Assembly (NCBI GenBank): GCA_002104905.1 | Contig: MCFE01000075.1 | Span: 1 to 64,000 of the forward strand | Source: Basidiobolus meristosporus CBS 931.73 | Taxonomy: Eukaryota; Fungi; Basidiobolomycota | DNA length: 64,000 bases | Direction of reading: 5' to 3' | Part shown: positions 27,519-39,540 of the stretch, in pieces | Position numbering within the stretch: the first letter of the stretch is position 1 | How the letters are laid out: each line of letters opens with the position of its first letter | Translations under genes and position numbers: made by a program | Notes under the pieces: generated by a model | The model's input: the letters and a program-made list of their open reading frames with translations, nothing else | Database searches by the model: none | Told to the model about the DNA's origin: nothing

Positions 27519-30500
27519 ATGCAAGGGTTTGAAAATCACTTACAAAGTGCCGCCTCCCAATTTTCTAATGGCGATTTGAAGGTATCCCTCCAAACCCTGA
27601 TATCACCTCTTTAGGGCTCATAGTAATTTCTCTTTCTGCCTGTTTAACCTGATTTAGGATGCGTATTTAAGCTACCTATTTGCTGCGCAATCCTTGCTGA
27701 GCAAACTCTCGACGGAAATCGTATTCGAAGATAACAGTAAGTGTGCAGTCCCCACCCATTCACTTGATGAAAGCAAGCTTGACCTGTATGTACTCACTTA
27801 TCCAAGACAGGATCAGTACACAGCCTGAATACGTGCAAAGTCTTTTCTCCATATCCGCCAAGTGCTTGCGGTCAGCTGAGGACATCGTCTGCAACCGATG
27901 TGTGTACTCACCATCCACACACCCTTTAGTGGAAGAAGAGAGAGAGAGAGAAAGCGAGATAATGGATACGCCGCTATCAGCTTCCCCTAATATCATTACC
28001 GTGGAGACTACTTTGCCACTGATACCTTTATCCCCTTTAACCCAAATGTCCATAATCCATTCGAGCTCGTTAGCCTCTGCGAGCCAGAAGCTAACCCTCG
28101 CCAAACGTTCAAAGACCCCCGTAGGATTGCCTACCTTGAGAAGGCTGACAGAGGACGTTCGTATTCAACGGGGCAAATTAGACTCTGTCAACAAACAAGT
28201 TAAATCGGTGGCGAATGCAGTGATTTGTAATTGGAATCCAGATGCTGTAGCAAAGCAGTTGACCATCATCGAGGCGCAGCTTTTCTCGAAGTTATCCGTT
28301 CGAAAGGATTTCCTCGCGGCCAAACCACGAGCAAGCAAGATTCAAGGCTGCGTTGATTTCCACCGGTACATCACCAACAGTGTGATCCATCAGATCATCG
28401 CTGGCTCCGAAGTCAACCATTCCGAATCTCGAGAATACCCTCGAGATTACATCATCGCCCACATCATCCGTGTTGCATATCTTCTACTGCATGTTTACCG
28501 TAATTTCAGTGGATTTGCTGCCATCATCAAGGCCTTGACGTCCCCAGAGGTGAGGCGTCTAAGAAAGTGCTGGAAAAAGGTGCCGAGCAAGACGAAAGAG
28601 ATGCTGAAAGACCTTAGCCGACACATCAAGGAAGAAAACGGATTCCGCTCGTATCACGAGGCCTTGTCGTACAAGCTGAGTGAGGTCAAAGAGTTTGGGC
28701 CTGGGTTAGTGGTAATTCCTTGGATGGAAAGACACTTGGAAAAGCTGGAGGCAGTATTGAAATCGTACTCGACCGGGCGGCCATCGGACGGGAAAGCATT
28801 TGATCCTAGCTCGCACCTATCCGAGCCAGGCGCACGAAAGCTCGAGGCAATCTTGTTCACGGTGGAGCAATGTCAAGGAAATCCTTCCGAAGATAGGTTT
28901 GCACCGGATAGAGCGAAACCCGCAAGAAGGAGAACTTTCATGGAGATCGACGGGGCCAAATCTCAGATTGCATTGCCTTCGAACCTACTCGACATTGGAG
29001 GCACTGATCTTGGACTTCACCATTGGCTTGTATCGCGCGTCTATCTCACAAGATATCAACTGTGGGAGGAGAGTCTGGAATACGAGTCCCCGGCATTTGG
29101 CGAGCTTGTTCCTACTTTTGTGAAGGAAAATGGCCAAACTCTCGTCGAGTCTCATCACCTGGGCCGCGAGACAGATACCGCTCATTTTGAAGACGTGGGC
29201 CAATTCAACGACTACTTCCCATCAGAGGGCAATCGATCTGCGTTGGACCTAGACAGAATGGAGTCTGTGGATGAGTTCCTATCGTTTCTGGATCAGGACT
29301 TGATTGAATCATCTACGCCCAATACTTCTGTCCCTCCCGCGCAACACAACGGCTTTTGGGATGACGAACTCCCCCCAGCGAGTCCCACGTTAACTCAAAC
29401 ACCCGATAGATTCTTTACCCCCAACGAAAAGGTGTTTGACGATTCCCAGTTCAAATTGGACACCCCCACTCCTCGCAATAGCATCCTCTTCAACTCAGTG
29501 AAGCCTTCATCCGATTTTTCCAGTGTGTTACAAGGTAGCGCCATTTTGTTGAAGTCCAGATTCCCACGTCCTAACTACGTTTTATTAGACGAGTACGATG
29601 ATTCGGCAAGCGCAAGCCCTCTACCATTTCAGCGGGGTGAGGGCACTTGATTCCAGTGTTGCGGATGCCTCTGTTGCATCCACTAATGGAGTCGACTCTC
29701 AGCCTCTCTCTGCGATGTCAGATCCCGCTGTCGAGCAGTCGGACATAATAGAGAATCGTACTAATGGGCATTTGGTAGTCTCTGAACCCAAGGCTCAAGA
29801 GCCACAAACCGATGTTTTTCAGGAGCCTGTTACTACATCCAAAGCACTCGGTATGAACGGTGATCAATCACCACCGACTTACATCGAATCTTCAACCGGT
29901 GAGCCGATTATCACCAATGGGATTGAGAAGGGTGAGCACAGTCGAGATAGCTCGAATCAGGAGGCTGTGTCTGCTAATGCGCCATCTCTTGAGCCCAACT
30001 CCATTTCTGATCAAGAGCCAGATGTTGTAATTGTAAGCAGTGAACCGGAGAACAAGGGACCAGATGTAGATGTTCGCAGTGAATCTGAGGATGAGAGACC
30101 AGATTTAGTTGATGTAAGCAGTGAATCCGAGGACAAGAGACCAGTAGATGGCGGCTTGGATGAATACAACTTGCATCCACACACAACTGTGTCTAGCAAC
30201 GGCCAACTAACTGACGACAGTGATCATAACCTCCTCAAGATATCTATGCACGAAGATCACCAACCGAACAGCAAAGATCCCTTGCTGGAAAGCCATAGCT
30301 CCTTGGCCGACAGCCTACCTGAAACTCCGATAAATCCTAAAGCAGGGCCGGTGATCATGGGTGAATTTCCAGACGACGGAAACAGCTCCGAAGAAGAGCC
30401 ACGGAAGTTCTTATCATTAGAGAAATTGATCCAGCTCAATGAGTCAAGCTACGCGGACGAGAAAAGCGATGGAGACACCTCCATCACGGTTACCGACGAA

Positions 30501-30551
30501 GAAATCGAAGTCTCCAAACCCAACGAGGATGGTGGCAGCGCAGGTCAGTAG
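27519..30551 (+). CDS. CDC25-like RasGEF-domain protein with helical (MIT-like) N-terminus and long acidic disordered tail
   Basis: Two short 5' exons from ATG 27519; AVAKQLTIIE, VYRNFSGFAAIIKALTSPEVRRLRKCW are RasGEF motifs. ORF 29598-30551 is in another frame and needs an intron near 29540-29695 (junction unresolved). Confidence 0.72.
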
Positions 30552-30742
30552 CTCTCGGCTATCGTAATCCGCGCATATCTGCCATCCGATAACCCATATA
30601 CCATCCTTTATGCCATCCTCCCTGCCTTTTTGTCACATTATGTACGTGTATAAACCTTTCCATGATTATTCTTATTTACGAGGTCATTTATTGTTGTGAA
30701 AATAAATCTTGTGGATGATATCGGGTTCCGTTTATCCCTGCT

Positions 30743-31732
30743 TCAGCCTCCCAGGTGGATGGACAAGCTAACCCGTACATCATCAGCATTGAGTTTGCTG
30801 CGAATGTTGAATCCAACCCCGATCGCAACTGATACCACGGGGACTGTGCGATTGGTTCCTATACCAAACAACATGTCTACTTCTCCATTGGAGTCAGCGC
30901 GAAGTTTGATTGCAGTCCGATTACTCAGCTGCCAAGCACCCCCCACACGTAACACATCGGTGTGCTCTGGGTCCTTGTCGTGATCGAGAGCATGCACAAA
31001 TTCTCCTGCCAACGTGACTGCTCTTCCATAATAGAGCACCTTGTGCAAATAGCCTCCTACCAAACGGGGCTTTCCACCGGCAGAAAGGAGATCCAATGCC
31101 GATACACTGATGTTATATTGGTTTGGCTGTTAAACAAGTGTTGGTCAGAGATCAGGATTCAACCAGAGAAATAAATTCGTTCAACGTACCATTTCAGAGC
31201 CGTTCAGACTGCTGAACACTTCACTGCTGTATACTCCAACTACATCGACTTTCCGGATGCTTTCAAATGAGTCGGCCCCATGGAACGCGACAGCTTTAAA
31301 AATATCATCCTCAGCGTGAAGTCGACAACCAAGTTGGATTTTCTCATCCCTATAAACCATCCAGCCGCCCATAGTGCCTTTCATAGGATTATATGATGTC
31401 TCCAATGCAACATTCTTGTGCTTAAAGCCCCCTGCGAGTTCGATATCATATGCGTCAGTCCGGCTCTCCGCTATAAACTGCCCAGTCTTTCCTCGTAAGG
31501 CCAGATAATTCTTCTGGGTAGTGAGATCCCCATAACTGCAAAGATAAGCGTTGGTATTAAGGGTCGGGGCCCAGCCATAGAAACAGATTACCTTAATATG
31601 AAGGACTGAGCGCTGCTGGTACTAAGAAACAATCTCAAAGCAGATAGACCATCCCCTATACTAACGTTATACGAGAGTTTGGTAAGTAAAGCTACTACGC
31701 ACCAAGCGACAACCGAATAATCTATAGACCAT
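30743..31732 (-). CDS. Divergent eukaryotic porin-superfamily (VDAC/Tom40-like) beta-barrel, about 4 exons, ~275 aa
   Basis: Exons 31655-31592, 31535-31190, 31126-30743 join in frame; alternating polar/hydrophobic strands; LRVGGAWQLSNRTAIKLRADSNGEV; C-terminal VRVSLSIHL. Start codon (31732) uncertain. Confidence 0.55.
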
Positions 31733-33023
31733 ATGTAAGATTTCCCTATGCTCTGTGCCTTTTGGTTAAAGTATTTAGCCCCAACCTCCTAAAGTACATC
31801 AAGAAAGAAACATGACCGTGAATAAAGGCATCTTGCAACAAAAAAACCACCACGTTTCCCGTACCACTCCTGGCTCAGGGTTAAGAGAAAACCCGATACT
31901 GGTATCATTATAATGGCCATCGAGACATCGCCCGATCTCTCTAGTCAACAGATCAAACTGACTCAGATATCTAAAAGAGCTTGGTTAGTCCTGCATATGA
32001 AGTGTAGCGAAACACAGCGGTTACTTCGTCTTCGGCGTCGGGAAGACCGGAAAGTCGAATATGGAATTTATCATTTCAACAGGTAAACTGACGAATACCC
32101 AACCCAAGCCTGATACCCAACCATCCGCATGAATTATTAGCAACCTTATCCATAACCGGTTATTGTTGGATGTGGGGATGGCATTAAGGTAAAACGAATA
32201 CGGGCAAGTGATATGGGCAACTGATACGTGGTTGAATTAGAGTAGGCTTATCGAGTGATCATGTTGGTGTACTACATTAGATAACTGATCATGATTCGGT
32301 CTGATAAGCCTTATCTCGATTCTTATTCATATGAAAGCTTGACAGGTGATTCTCAAATGTCAACCTCTTCACACCCATTGGCTACATGTCATTAACTGTC
32401 ATAGCTCCTCTCCAACTAGGTATACCGACAGTGGTAATGACCAGCACTCCATTTTCTGGATCCATATAGTCGCACCATTTGCTTCTAATAACGCAACTAT
32501 TCTATTGGCCTCACTTTGGCATGCGATATGTCGTTTTGGGCAAATGATTTGAAATGTCACATGGTATTTATCCGACAGTCATTCTAAGGGGGGGGGAGTG
32601 GGGAATAGGAGTGAGGGCTCTATCTCTTGCGAAACCCACTGAGCTTAAAGCCCACTGTTTGCTTTTGCATGGTTAACGTTTGTAGAACAGGCTCGTGTTA
32701 CCCCAGCATAACGTAACGAATCGGACTGCCTGAACCCTACTAAGGATCCGACGGCGACCCTTTGAAGGCAGCCCTTTTTTGCCATATGAGTTGCCAAATT
32801 GCATTACGCTTCATATTGCAACCGATACAATGCACCGATGGAATGCTGAACATCGGATCCAGTGATTTTATCCAAGTTGGTCATGGTGACCTGCCAATGG
32901 CACACCCAATGATTGATTCCCATTTTCCCTGCCTTTTCCAATATAAGCCGCGGCGATTTCTTACTGTCCAGCTATCCTCCGTTGGTTCGCCTGACAAACC
33001 CTCTTACACAACTATCCATCACA

Positions 33024-34382
33024 ATGCTCAGCGATAGCTTCACCCAGCACTTTCAAAATAACACCACCCAGTTTAAGCAACTCAGACCCTTAAACAGTGG
33101 TGATATTAAAATTTTGTTGCTTGAGAATGTCAACACCGCCGCCGTTGAAATGCTGACTAAGCAAGGCTACCAGGTATACCTACTCTATTTCCCCTCACGC
33201 AGCTACACGAGATACTAATGCACTTCATCGACCTAGGTTGAGCATCACACCAAAGCGCTACCCGAGGATGTGTTGATTGAGAAAATCCGCGATGTCAGCG
33301 CCATTGGTATTAGAAGCAAGACCAAGCTTAGCGCAAAAATTCTGAAGGAAGCCAAGAAGCTTCTTGTCATTGGTTGTTTCTGCATCGGAACCAATCAAGT
33401 TGATCTTGATGCCGCCACTAAACAGGGAATCGCTGTGTTCAACTCTCCATTCAGCAACAGCCGTAGTGTTGCTGAGATGGTCATCTCTAATATTATTGCC
33501 CTGGCAAGACAGTTCGGCGATCGCAACAGGGAAATGCACCAAGGTGTCTGGAACAAGGTCTCCGCTAACTGCTATGAGATCCGTGGCAAGAAGCTTGGTA
33601 TTGTCGGTTACGGTCATATTGGTTCGCAACTTAGCGTGTTGGCGGAATCCATGGGAATGCAAGTGATCTTCTATGATGTTCTTCAATTGATGCCCCTCGG
33701 TACCGCGAGAAACTGCAGCTCTCTTAATGAGCTTCTGGAAAGCGCCGATTTTGTTACCCTACATGTTCCCGAAACACCAGAAACCAAGAACATGATTGGC
33801 AAACAAGAGTTGGCTAGGATGCGCAAGGGATCCTATTTGATCAACGCCAGTCGTGGAACAGTTGTGGATCTCCCAGAGTTGGCTGCTGCATTGAAGTCTG
33901 GCCATTTGTCTGGCTCGGCTGTTGATGTGTTCCCTCAAGAGCCTCGTGCTAATGGAGAGGGCTTCACCAACGTGCTCCAAGGCTGCCCTAATACTATTCT
34001 CTCGCCCCATATCGGCGGTTCCACCGAGGAAGCACAGTCCATGATCGGCGTTGAGGTTGCTAGTGCTATTATTAAGTATGTTAACTACGGTACCAGTCTT
34101 GGAGCCGTGAACTTCCCACAAGTTGATCTACGTGCCATCAGCGCTAACGAATCCAAGATCATCCGTGTCATCCATACCCATCACAACGTTCCAGGTGTGT
34201 TGAAACAGGTCAACAATATCCTGGCCAACCACAACGTTGAGAAACAGATTTGTGATTCTACTGGAGATATTGCTTATCTTATGGCTGATCTGACGATCAG
34301 TGAGGGTGAAGAAGACTTGCATAGACTCTACGAGAGAGTAGCTGCCACTCCTGAGACCATCATGACTCGCGTCTTATATTAA
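33024..34382 (+). CDS. SER3: D-3-phosphoglycerate dehydrogenase, 2 exons
   Basis: KILLLENV, IGIRSKT, GCFCIGTNQVDL, GIVGYGHIGSQLS, LINASRG, DVFPQEP, SPHIGGSTEEAQ, C-terminal ACT domain; intron 33174-33236. Confidence 0.96.
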
Positions 34383-34581
34383 TCCATGCGAGCCCGCCCC
34401 TTACTCAGCGCTTCTACCAGCCTTCCTACCAGCACAATGTTTGGCTGGCTTATAAATTGTATAGACATTAATGACCTATCCCGACGATACGTGTCAATCC
34501 CCTAAATTTAGATGATTATGGTCCAAGCAACGCATCTTTTAATAAATAGCCATGTCATTATATTTAGCATATACTTCAACA

Positions 34582-36028
34582 TCAGTAGTCTTGATTCTTC
34601 TCAACCGTGTACAACTTCTCGATCTCTTCAACCAGATTCTTCAAGTGCAGCTCATTGTCCTCGAAGTTGCTCAAGAAATACACCTCGCAAATCGCCTCGG
34701 TGCATTCCTTTTCGAACTCGCTCACTACCAAGGTGATGGCCATCTCCTTGATAAACGGAAATCTCACGGTAAACACATGTTGCTCCGTAACAGACCAACT
34801 AAACGAAACTTACGTTGGACTCAAACTGAAATCCGGTTCCAGACGAAATTCCCTCCGCTGGGCTCAATCTGAATAGCTTTCGAAGGGGCGATAGAGGGAC
34901 CTTCACTTTGGCGGAAGATCCAGCAAGGTCGCAGGTTCTGAGGAACGTTTTGACACACTAAATAAATAATCGGGTTGGTGTCATTTGCGCTGCGGGCTGG
35001 AGTATGATGAAGGGCCGCTTTACCTGATGAACAAGATACAGTCCGAATTCATGACGTGTGCTCAACATTTTCCCGGTACCTGGGCTTGGGAAATTGACTG
35101 TAACCGCTACGATATACTAAGTGCGAAGTAATTTTAGCGTCATGCTCAGATGGGGCACTTCGTGAGGAAAATCACCTGGGTAAATAATGGCGGTGTCAGT
35201 GCCAAATCCACACGCACTGCTGAGAATGGTTCGAGCGTAATGGATTCCGAGACACACTTGGAGGTAATGCTAGTTTCAAATACGGGAGCAATACTACTTG
35301 AATGCATTAGATTTGAGTAAAAAACCTGAAATGGCTGGGATGGATAGCCGAATACTTACCTTATGGTCGAAGATGGCTTCGGTGGCAATGTGTAAGTACT
35401 GGACTTCATGTGTTCCAAGTCGAAAGGCGCCTACTCGAACAATCTTAGTACAATGCCATCAATAAGTTTGAATAGAAATTGTCCACCTCCTCTTCAGCGT
35501 TACGAGGCTTAAACTCGATCTGGCAGAGCGCTTTAGAAACCGGGATTTGACTGGTATTGCTTAAAATAAGAGCAAGACAGGGCTTCCCTTCTTCATCAGT
35601 GACTACGGTCTCTGGAATGTGATAGGAGTCTCGAAATTAATGAACAGCTCCTGAAAAAGTAGCTTGACAAGAATTACTTGTGCGAACACTAATTCGTAAG
35701 AAATGCTCCATCACGGAATTCATGGTTTGGGTCATTTCCAAGCTTTGTCGTAGGTTGGTCGCCATAGTCTGAGTCCGAAGAGAAAAGTTAGCGTGAAGAA
35801 ATGGTCAACGAAAGCATACTTCTGACTCATACTGTGTAAACTGTTCCCATGGTACTTTGCATTCCCTCAATACTTTGCGCCATGACAGAGGCGACATTGT
35901 TTCTGTTTGAAATAGATCAAACAGTTTTAATTCACGTCAACACGAACGGTAGAAGCTCAAACTTACAAAGGGGAGCTACCCTTGGATTCGTCCTTGACGT
36001 TATCACTTTGCTCTTGTGGAGAGGACAT
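34582..36028 (-). CDS. Hypothetical protein, 9 exons, ~320 aa
   Basis: Hand-spliced GT-AG introns give an open frame MSSPQEQ...LALILSNTSQIPV...VNFPSPGTGKMLSTRHEFGLYLVHQ...LRKLFRLSPAEGISSG...EIEKLYTVEKNQDY*. Mostly absent from the ORF track. Confidence 0.72.
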
Positions 36029-36594
36029 GTCTGGCTTGTACTTTTCCACCTAGCCCGGTGTCCTTAAGTATCCATGACCAAAAAAAACCAGCCCTATCAA
36101 CTTATCCATATATGCATACAAATATGCATCATCATATTTAATGAGTTTTCCTGTTTACTCGAATTGATGTTTTAGTTGTTTATGTAAAAAAAAAGTCAGA
36201 AGGTTTCAGTGTTTGTTCGTAACAAGGTAGGAGCCAAACACATAGTATCACCGTCTTTCCTCACGAAGAGGAATGAGTAATCAACTTGAAACATTCATCA
36301 TGAGTGTTGAACTTCTAAATAGAAGGACATTAACATCGCTACAAAGATTGCACCTTAGGCTTATATTGGTATTGGCAAAATATGGGACGATTTTGATCTA
36401 TTCTTCATAGCCAAAAAAATCTAGCCTCACTAAATCGCTGTCGTTCCGGACGACCTGCATATTCTGTTTCCTACAGAAACCTCGGTCCCACATGCAAGAT
36501 AAACTAGAATTACATTAACCGCGAAATCTGCATATCAACTCGCTTTTATTTACAGGGATTTTCTATGGCTGCTAAAATTCTACATATATACACA

Positions 36595-37152
36595 TTATGA
36601 CAAACTTAAATGAATATCTTGATTACATGAGTTACAAAGATATCTTACACTCGAAAAATTTACTGGGCCACAGCTAGAGGGGGTTTTGCGAGATCTGAAC
36701 AGCTTACGTACGATAAGTGTAAGCTTCCGAGCAAACCCGGTCTTCTCTTTCGCATGAACAGACACACTGGCCTGGCAATTGGGACAAAACGCAACGATAG
36801 GCGTATGCTTGGGTAGGGCTATGATTTCATATTCGGTAGGTCGTCGCTCCTGATCCAAGACTTCGTAAGAGTGTCTATTCTCTCCAGCGCCGATAACGTA
36901 GGGTGGAGGATATTGGCTTGAATCGGTTCGGGTGGGGAATAAAGATGGCAGCTCACTAGCATTGGGCCAGCCAGTTGTCGAATCTTCGGAGGTTCTTAAG
37001 ACGGAACCTAGTCGAGCTCGTGCTATTGGCGACTTGATGGATGGTTCTGGTTCGATATCCTCACGGGCTATGCAGTCGAATGTGGACGTAGGCTTGTAAT
37101 GTACACTCCTGTCTACACTGACCTGATCCAAAGGGTGGTTTTGTGTGTCCAT
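36595..37152 (-). CDS. LITAF-like zinc-ribbon protein with PPxY motif, single exon
   Basis: Split CxxC pairs (FCPNCQ ... YLCNSCNQ) at LITAF-like spacing; upstream YPPPY. Confidence 0.6.
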   Translation of the reverse strand: MDTQNHPLDQVSVDRSVHYKPTSTFDCIAREDIEPEPSIKSPIARARLGSVLRTSEDSTTGWPNASELPSLFPTRTDSSQYPPPYVIGAGENRHSYEVLDQERRPTEYEIIALPKHTPIVAFCPNCQASVSVHAKEKTGFARKLTLIVRKLFRSRKTPSSCGPVNFSSVRYLCNSCNQDIHLSLS

Positions 37153-37527
37153 GTCCGACCAGCTTAACAAAGAATAGCTCGATTGCCCACATTTGTGTTC
37201 CTCTGGTTATAAAGAATATGTGTGGGTTTGGGCACCAACGATTGGCTCTTACCTGATTGGACAAAATATACAGCCATCTCATGGTCAATTTACGTTATTT
37301 GACACAAATCTTCTCAAAACGAGACCGAGGTTCGATGTTATCGCTATTTCAGCATCCTCAAAAGGAAGGCAGGAAAAAGTATACCGTTCCTTTTGGGCTC
37401 CAGTTGCTACTTAGGGCGAGTCAAAAATTCACGGAAATGGAGTTTATTCATTGATGATGTGTGAGATGGGAGATGAACAACGCTGTGTGGCTAATGGACT
37501 TGAAACAATCAGCTTGCCCACTCGGAT

Positions 37528-39540
37528 TTACTGACATCCACATATCAAATCAATCAGCTTGTTCACTCGGGATAATCGGGATTCAAATCGAGGTAACATG
37601 TCGTTCCCAGTATTGCTACATGTGCCGTGGGGATCATGGGTCCAGAGACGCTCACTCATGGCACCAAGCCTGTCTTTTAAGCAGCAGATCTCCTCATCAA
37701 CCTCAGATTCCCACACAACAATACTGGATCCGTGTACTCGGGGGCCTGGCGTGTAGGGTGTATTGATCTGCTTCGGAAGGGTGACCCATTCGGTTTTCTT
37801 TCCTCGCTCTGGAATCCCTCCGAACTCGCAGCTTCCTTGCCACTTGAGAATCTCCTTGACGGAAGAACCATCGGTTCCGACCACATATAATGGAGACCAG
37901 GCCCCATTGATGATACTGAAACCGTCTCGAATCAGATCGTCCGGGCGGTAGTCCTGCATCGACCAGGCCATCACCAGTATATCCCGTGGAGGGAGCGGTG
38001 TTGAGTGAGCCGCAAAAGATTCCCACACAATGGATCTGCGTACGGGCTGGTAGAAGCCAGGGTCAGCCGGCATGTTGGTTCCGGGCAGATTCGGGGGCGG
38101 ATACCACGCAGAAATGTTTAAATGCTTAATTTGATGATTCATGAAGCCCATGAAGTCCCACAATAGCTCCTTATCTGAGGAGACATGCCTCCTTCTATTT
38201 ATGGCTTCCTTGAAATGGGGATCCTCTTCCGCATTTGTAACGTCCACCTCGTCGAAGCCAACGTGCATGTACGGTGAATACGGGAATAGCTTGGCAACAT
38301 GATGTAACATTGGCAAGATCACACAGTTCACTACTGCATCGTTGGCAAAGTTGACTAGGGAGCGTATGCGACTCTCGCCATCATCGTAGTACGTTCCCAA
38401 AAACTCTGGAGATGAGCGGATCAGTGCCTCGGAGTGACCGGGCATATCGAACTCCGGCACCAAGATGATTCCTCGGGAGAAGGCGTACAGGTTCAGATCC
38501 TTCAATTCCTGGATGGAGTACGCTGGCTCTCCATGTACGTTATGAATGGCCTTTCCGATTTCTGATAGATCCACCCCGTTGTAGAACTCAGGATCGGGCG
38601 GAGGGATCATGAAGTTCTCATTGTCGGTCAAGTGAAGGTGCAAATATCGAAGTTTGTACAAACTGCACAAGTCGATGATCGATTGGATATGCTCGATTGA
38701 GTGGAATTCTCGTGCGACATCCAGCATCAACCCACGATATTCATCCGGCACCGATGGCCAGTCCTCGACCATGAGGCTTGGCAGCCTGAATTCGTTTTGG
38801 GGGTCTTCCTCCAATAGTTGCACTAGCGTACTCACGGCGTATGCGGCCCCTTCGGGGTTTTGCGCCTCGATATAGATTTGCTGCTGGTCAGCGTCAGTGA
38901 TCATTCGGTATCTACCATTCATCGAGGGGTCCCCAAAGCGTACCGAGTTGAAGTTCACTCGTATGGTGCGGAGGGTAGGACTCTTCTCTCCTTTAAACTC
39001 ATTGATTACATGAACCCTCTCTTCATCCGTCTGCAGTATTTTTCTTAGCCAGCTTTCCAAAACCAAAGCATTCCCCAAGAGCCAACTTGCACTGCAATTG
39101 ATTTCTATAATGGCTTCAGCTGTGAATATCGAAGCCGAGCTGCCTTGCTGGGTCACATTTTTTGGAGTTGGTATGACTTGGGGAGGCTCTCCCGAAACCA
39201 GGTCAGGCCTGGGTGGAGCTACTGGTGATGGTGGAGGGTAGGAATTTTGAGGAGGGTACTGGCTAGAGTCTGGGGGAGGATACGAATTCTGTGGAGGGTA
39301 GTAGCTATTATTTGGCGGGGGATATGAGTTTTGGGGAGGGTAGTAACTAGAGCCTGGGGGAGGTTGTGATTGTGGAGGGTAGTAACTAGAGCCTGGGGGA
39401 GGTTGTGATTGTGGAGGGTAGTAACTAGAACCTGGGGGAGGTTGTGATTGTGGAGGGTTTCTCTCCTCCTCACCTAAGATATCCTTGGCTTTATCCAAAG
39501 CCTTTTTGAAAAACGTGCCAGTTTTCTTCAGAAGAGGCAT
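37528..39540 (-). CDS. GH20 beta-N-acetylhexosaminidase with Pro/Tyr-rich N-terminal extension, single exon
   Basis: GH20b-type domain (EAQNPEGAAYAVSTLVQL), YRGLMLDVAREF, HLHLTDNE, LVPEFDMPGHS, catalytic HVGFDEV, AMSERLW. Confidence 0.9.
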   Translation of the reverse strand: MPLLKKTGTFFKKALDKAKDILGEEERNPPQSQPPPGSSYYPPQSQPPPGSSYYPPQSQPPPGSSYYPPQNSYPPPNNSYYPPQNSYPPPDSSQYPPQNSYPPPSPVAPPRPDLVSGEPPQVIPTPKNVTQQGSSASIFTAEAIIEINCSASWLLGNALVLESWLRKILQTDEERVHVINEFKGEKSPTLRTIRVNFNSVRFGDPSMNGRYRMITDADQQQIYIEAQNPEGAAYAVSTLVQLLEEDPQNEFRLPSLMVEDWPSVPDEYRGLMLDVAREFHSIEHIQSIIDLCSLYKLRYLHLHLTDNENFMIPPPDPEFYNGVDLSEIGKAIHNVHGEPAYSIQELKDLNLYAFSRGIILVPEFDMPGHSEALIRSSPEFLGTYYDDGESRIRSLVNFANDAVVNCVILPMLHHVAKLFPYSPYMHVGFDEVDVTNAEEDPHFKEAINRRRHVSSDKELLWDFMGFMNHQIKHLNISAWYPPPNLPGTNMPADPGFYQPVRRSIVWESFAAHSTPLPPRDILVMAWSMQDYRPDDLIRDGFSIINGAWSPLYVVGTDGSSVKEILKWQGSCEFGGIPERGKKTEWVTLPKQINTPYTPGPRVHGSSIVVWESEVDEEICCLKDRLGAMSERLWTHDPHGTCSNTGNDMLPRFESRLSRVNKLIDLICGCQ
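39335..39457. repeat. 39-bp coding minisatellite (3 copies) in the GH20 gene
   Basis: GGAGGGTAGTAACTAGAGCCTGGGGGAGGTTGTGATTGT x3 (one mismatch) encoding PPQSQPPPGSSYY; degenerate units continue toward ~39230. Confidence 0.95.

Noticed and set aside
34582-34960. Initial guess of an RNA polymerase Rpb9-like subunit
   Set aside because: Correct splicing gives no zinc-ribbon CxxC pairs; these are the last exons of the 9-exon hypothetical gene.
39335-39457. Regular repeat resembling a CRISPR array
   Set aside because: Head-to-tail identical units without unique spacers, in frame within a eukaryotic CDS.
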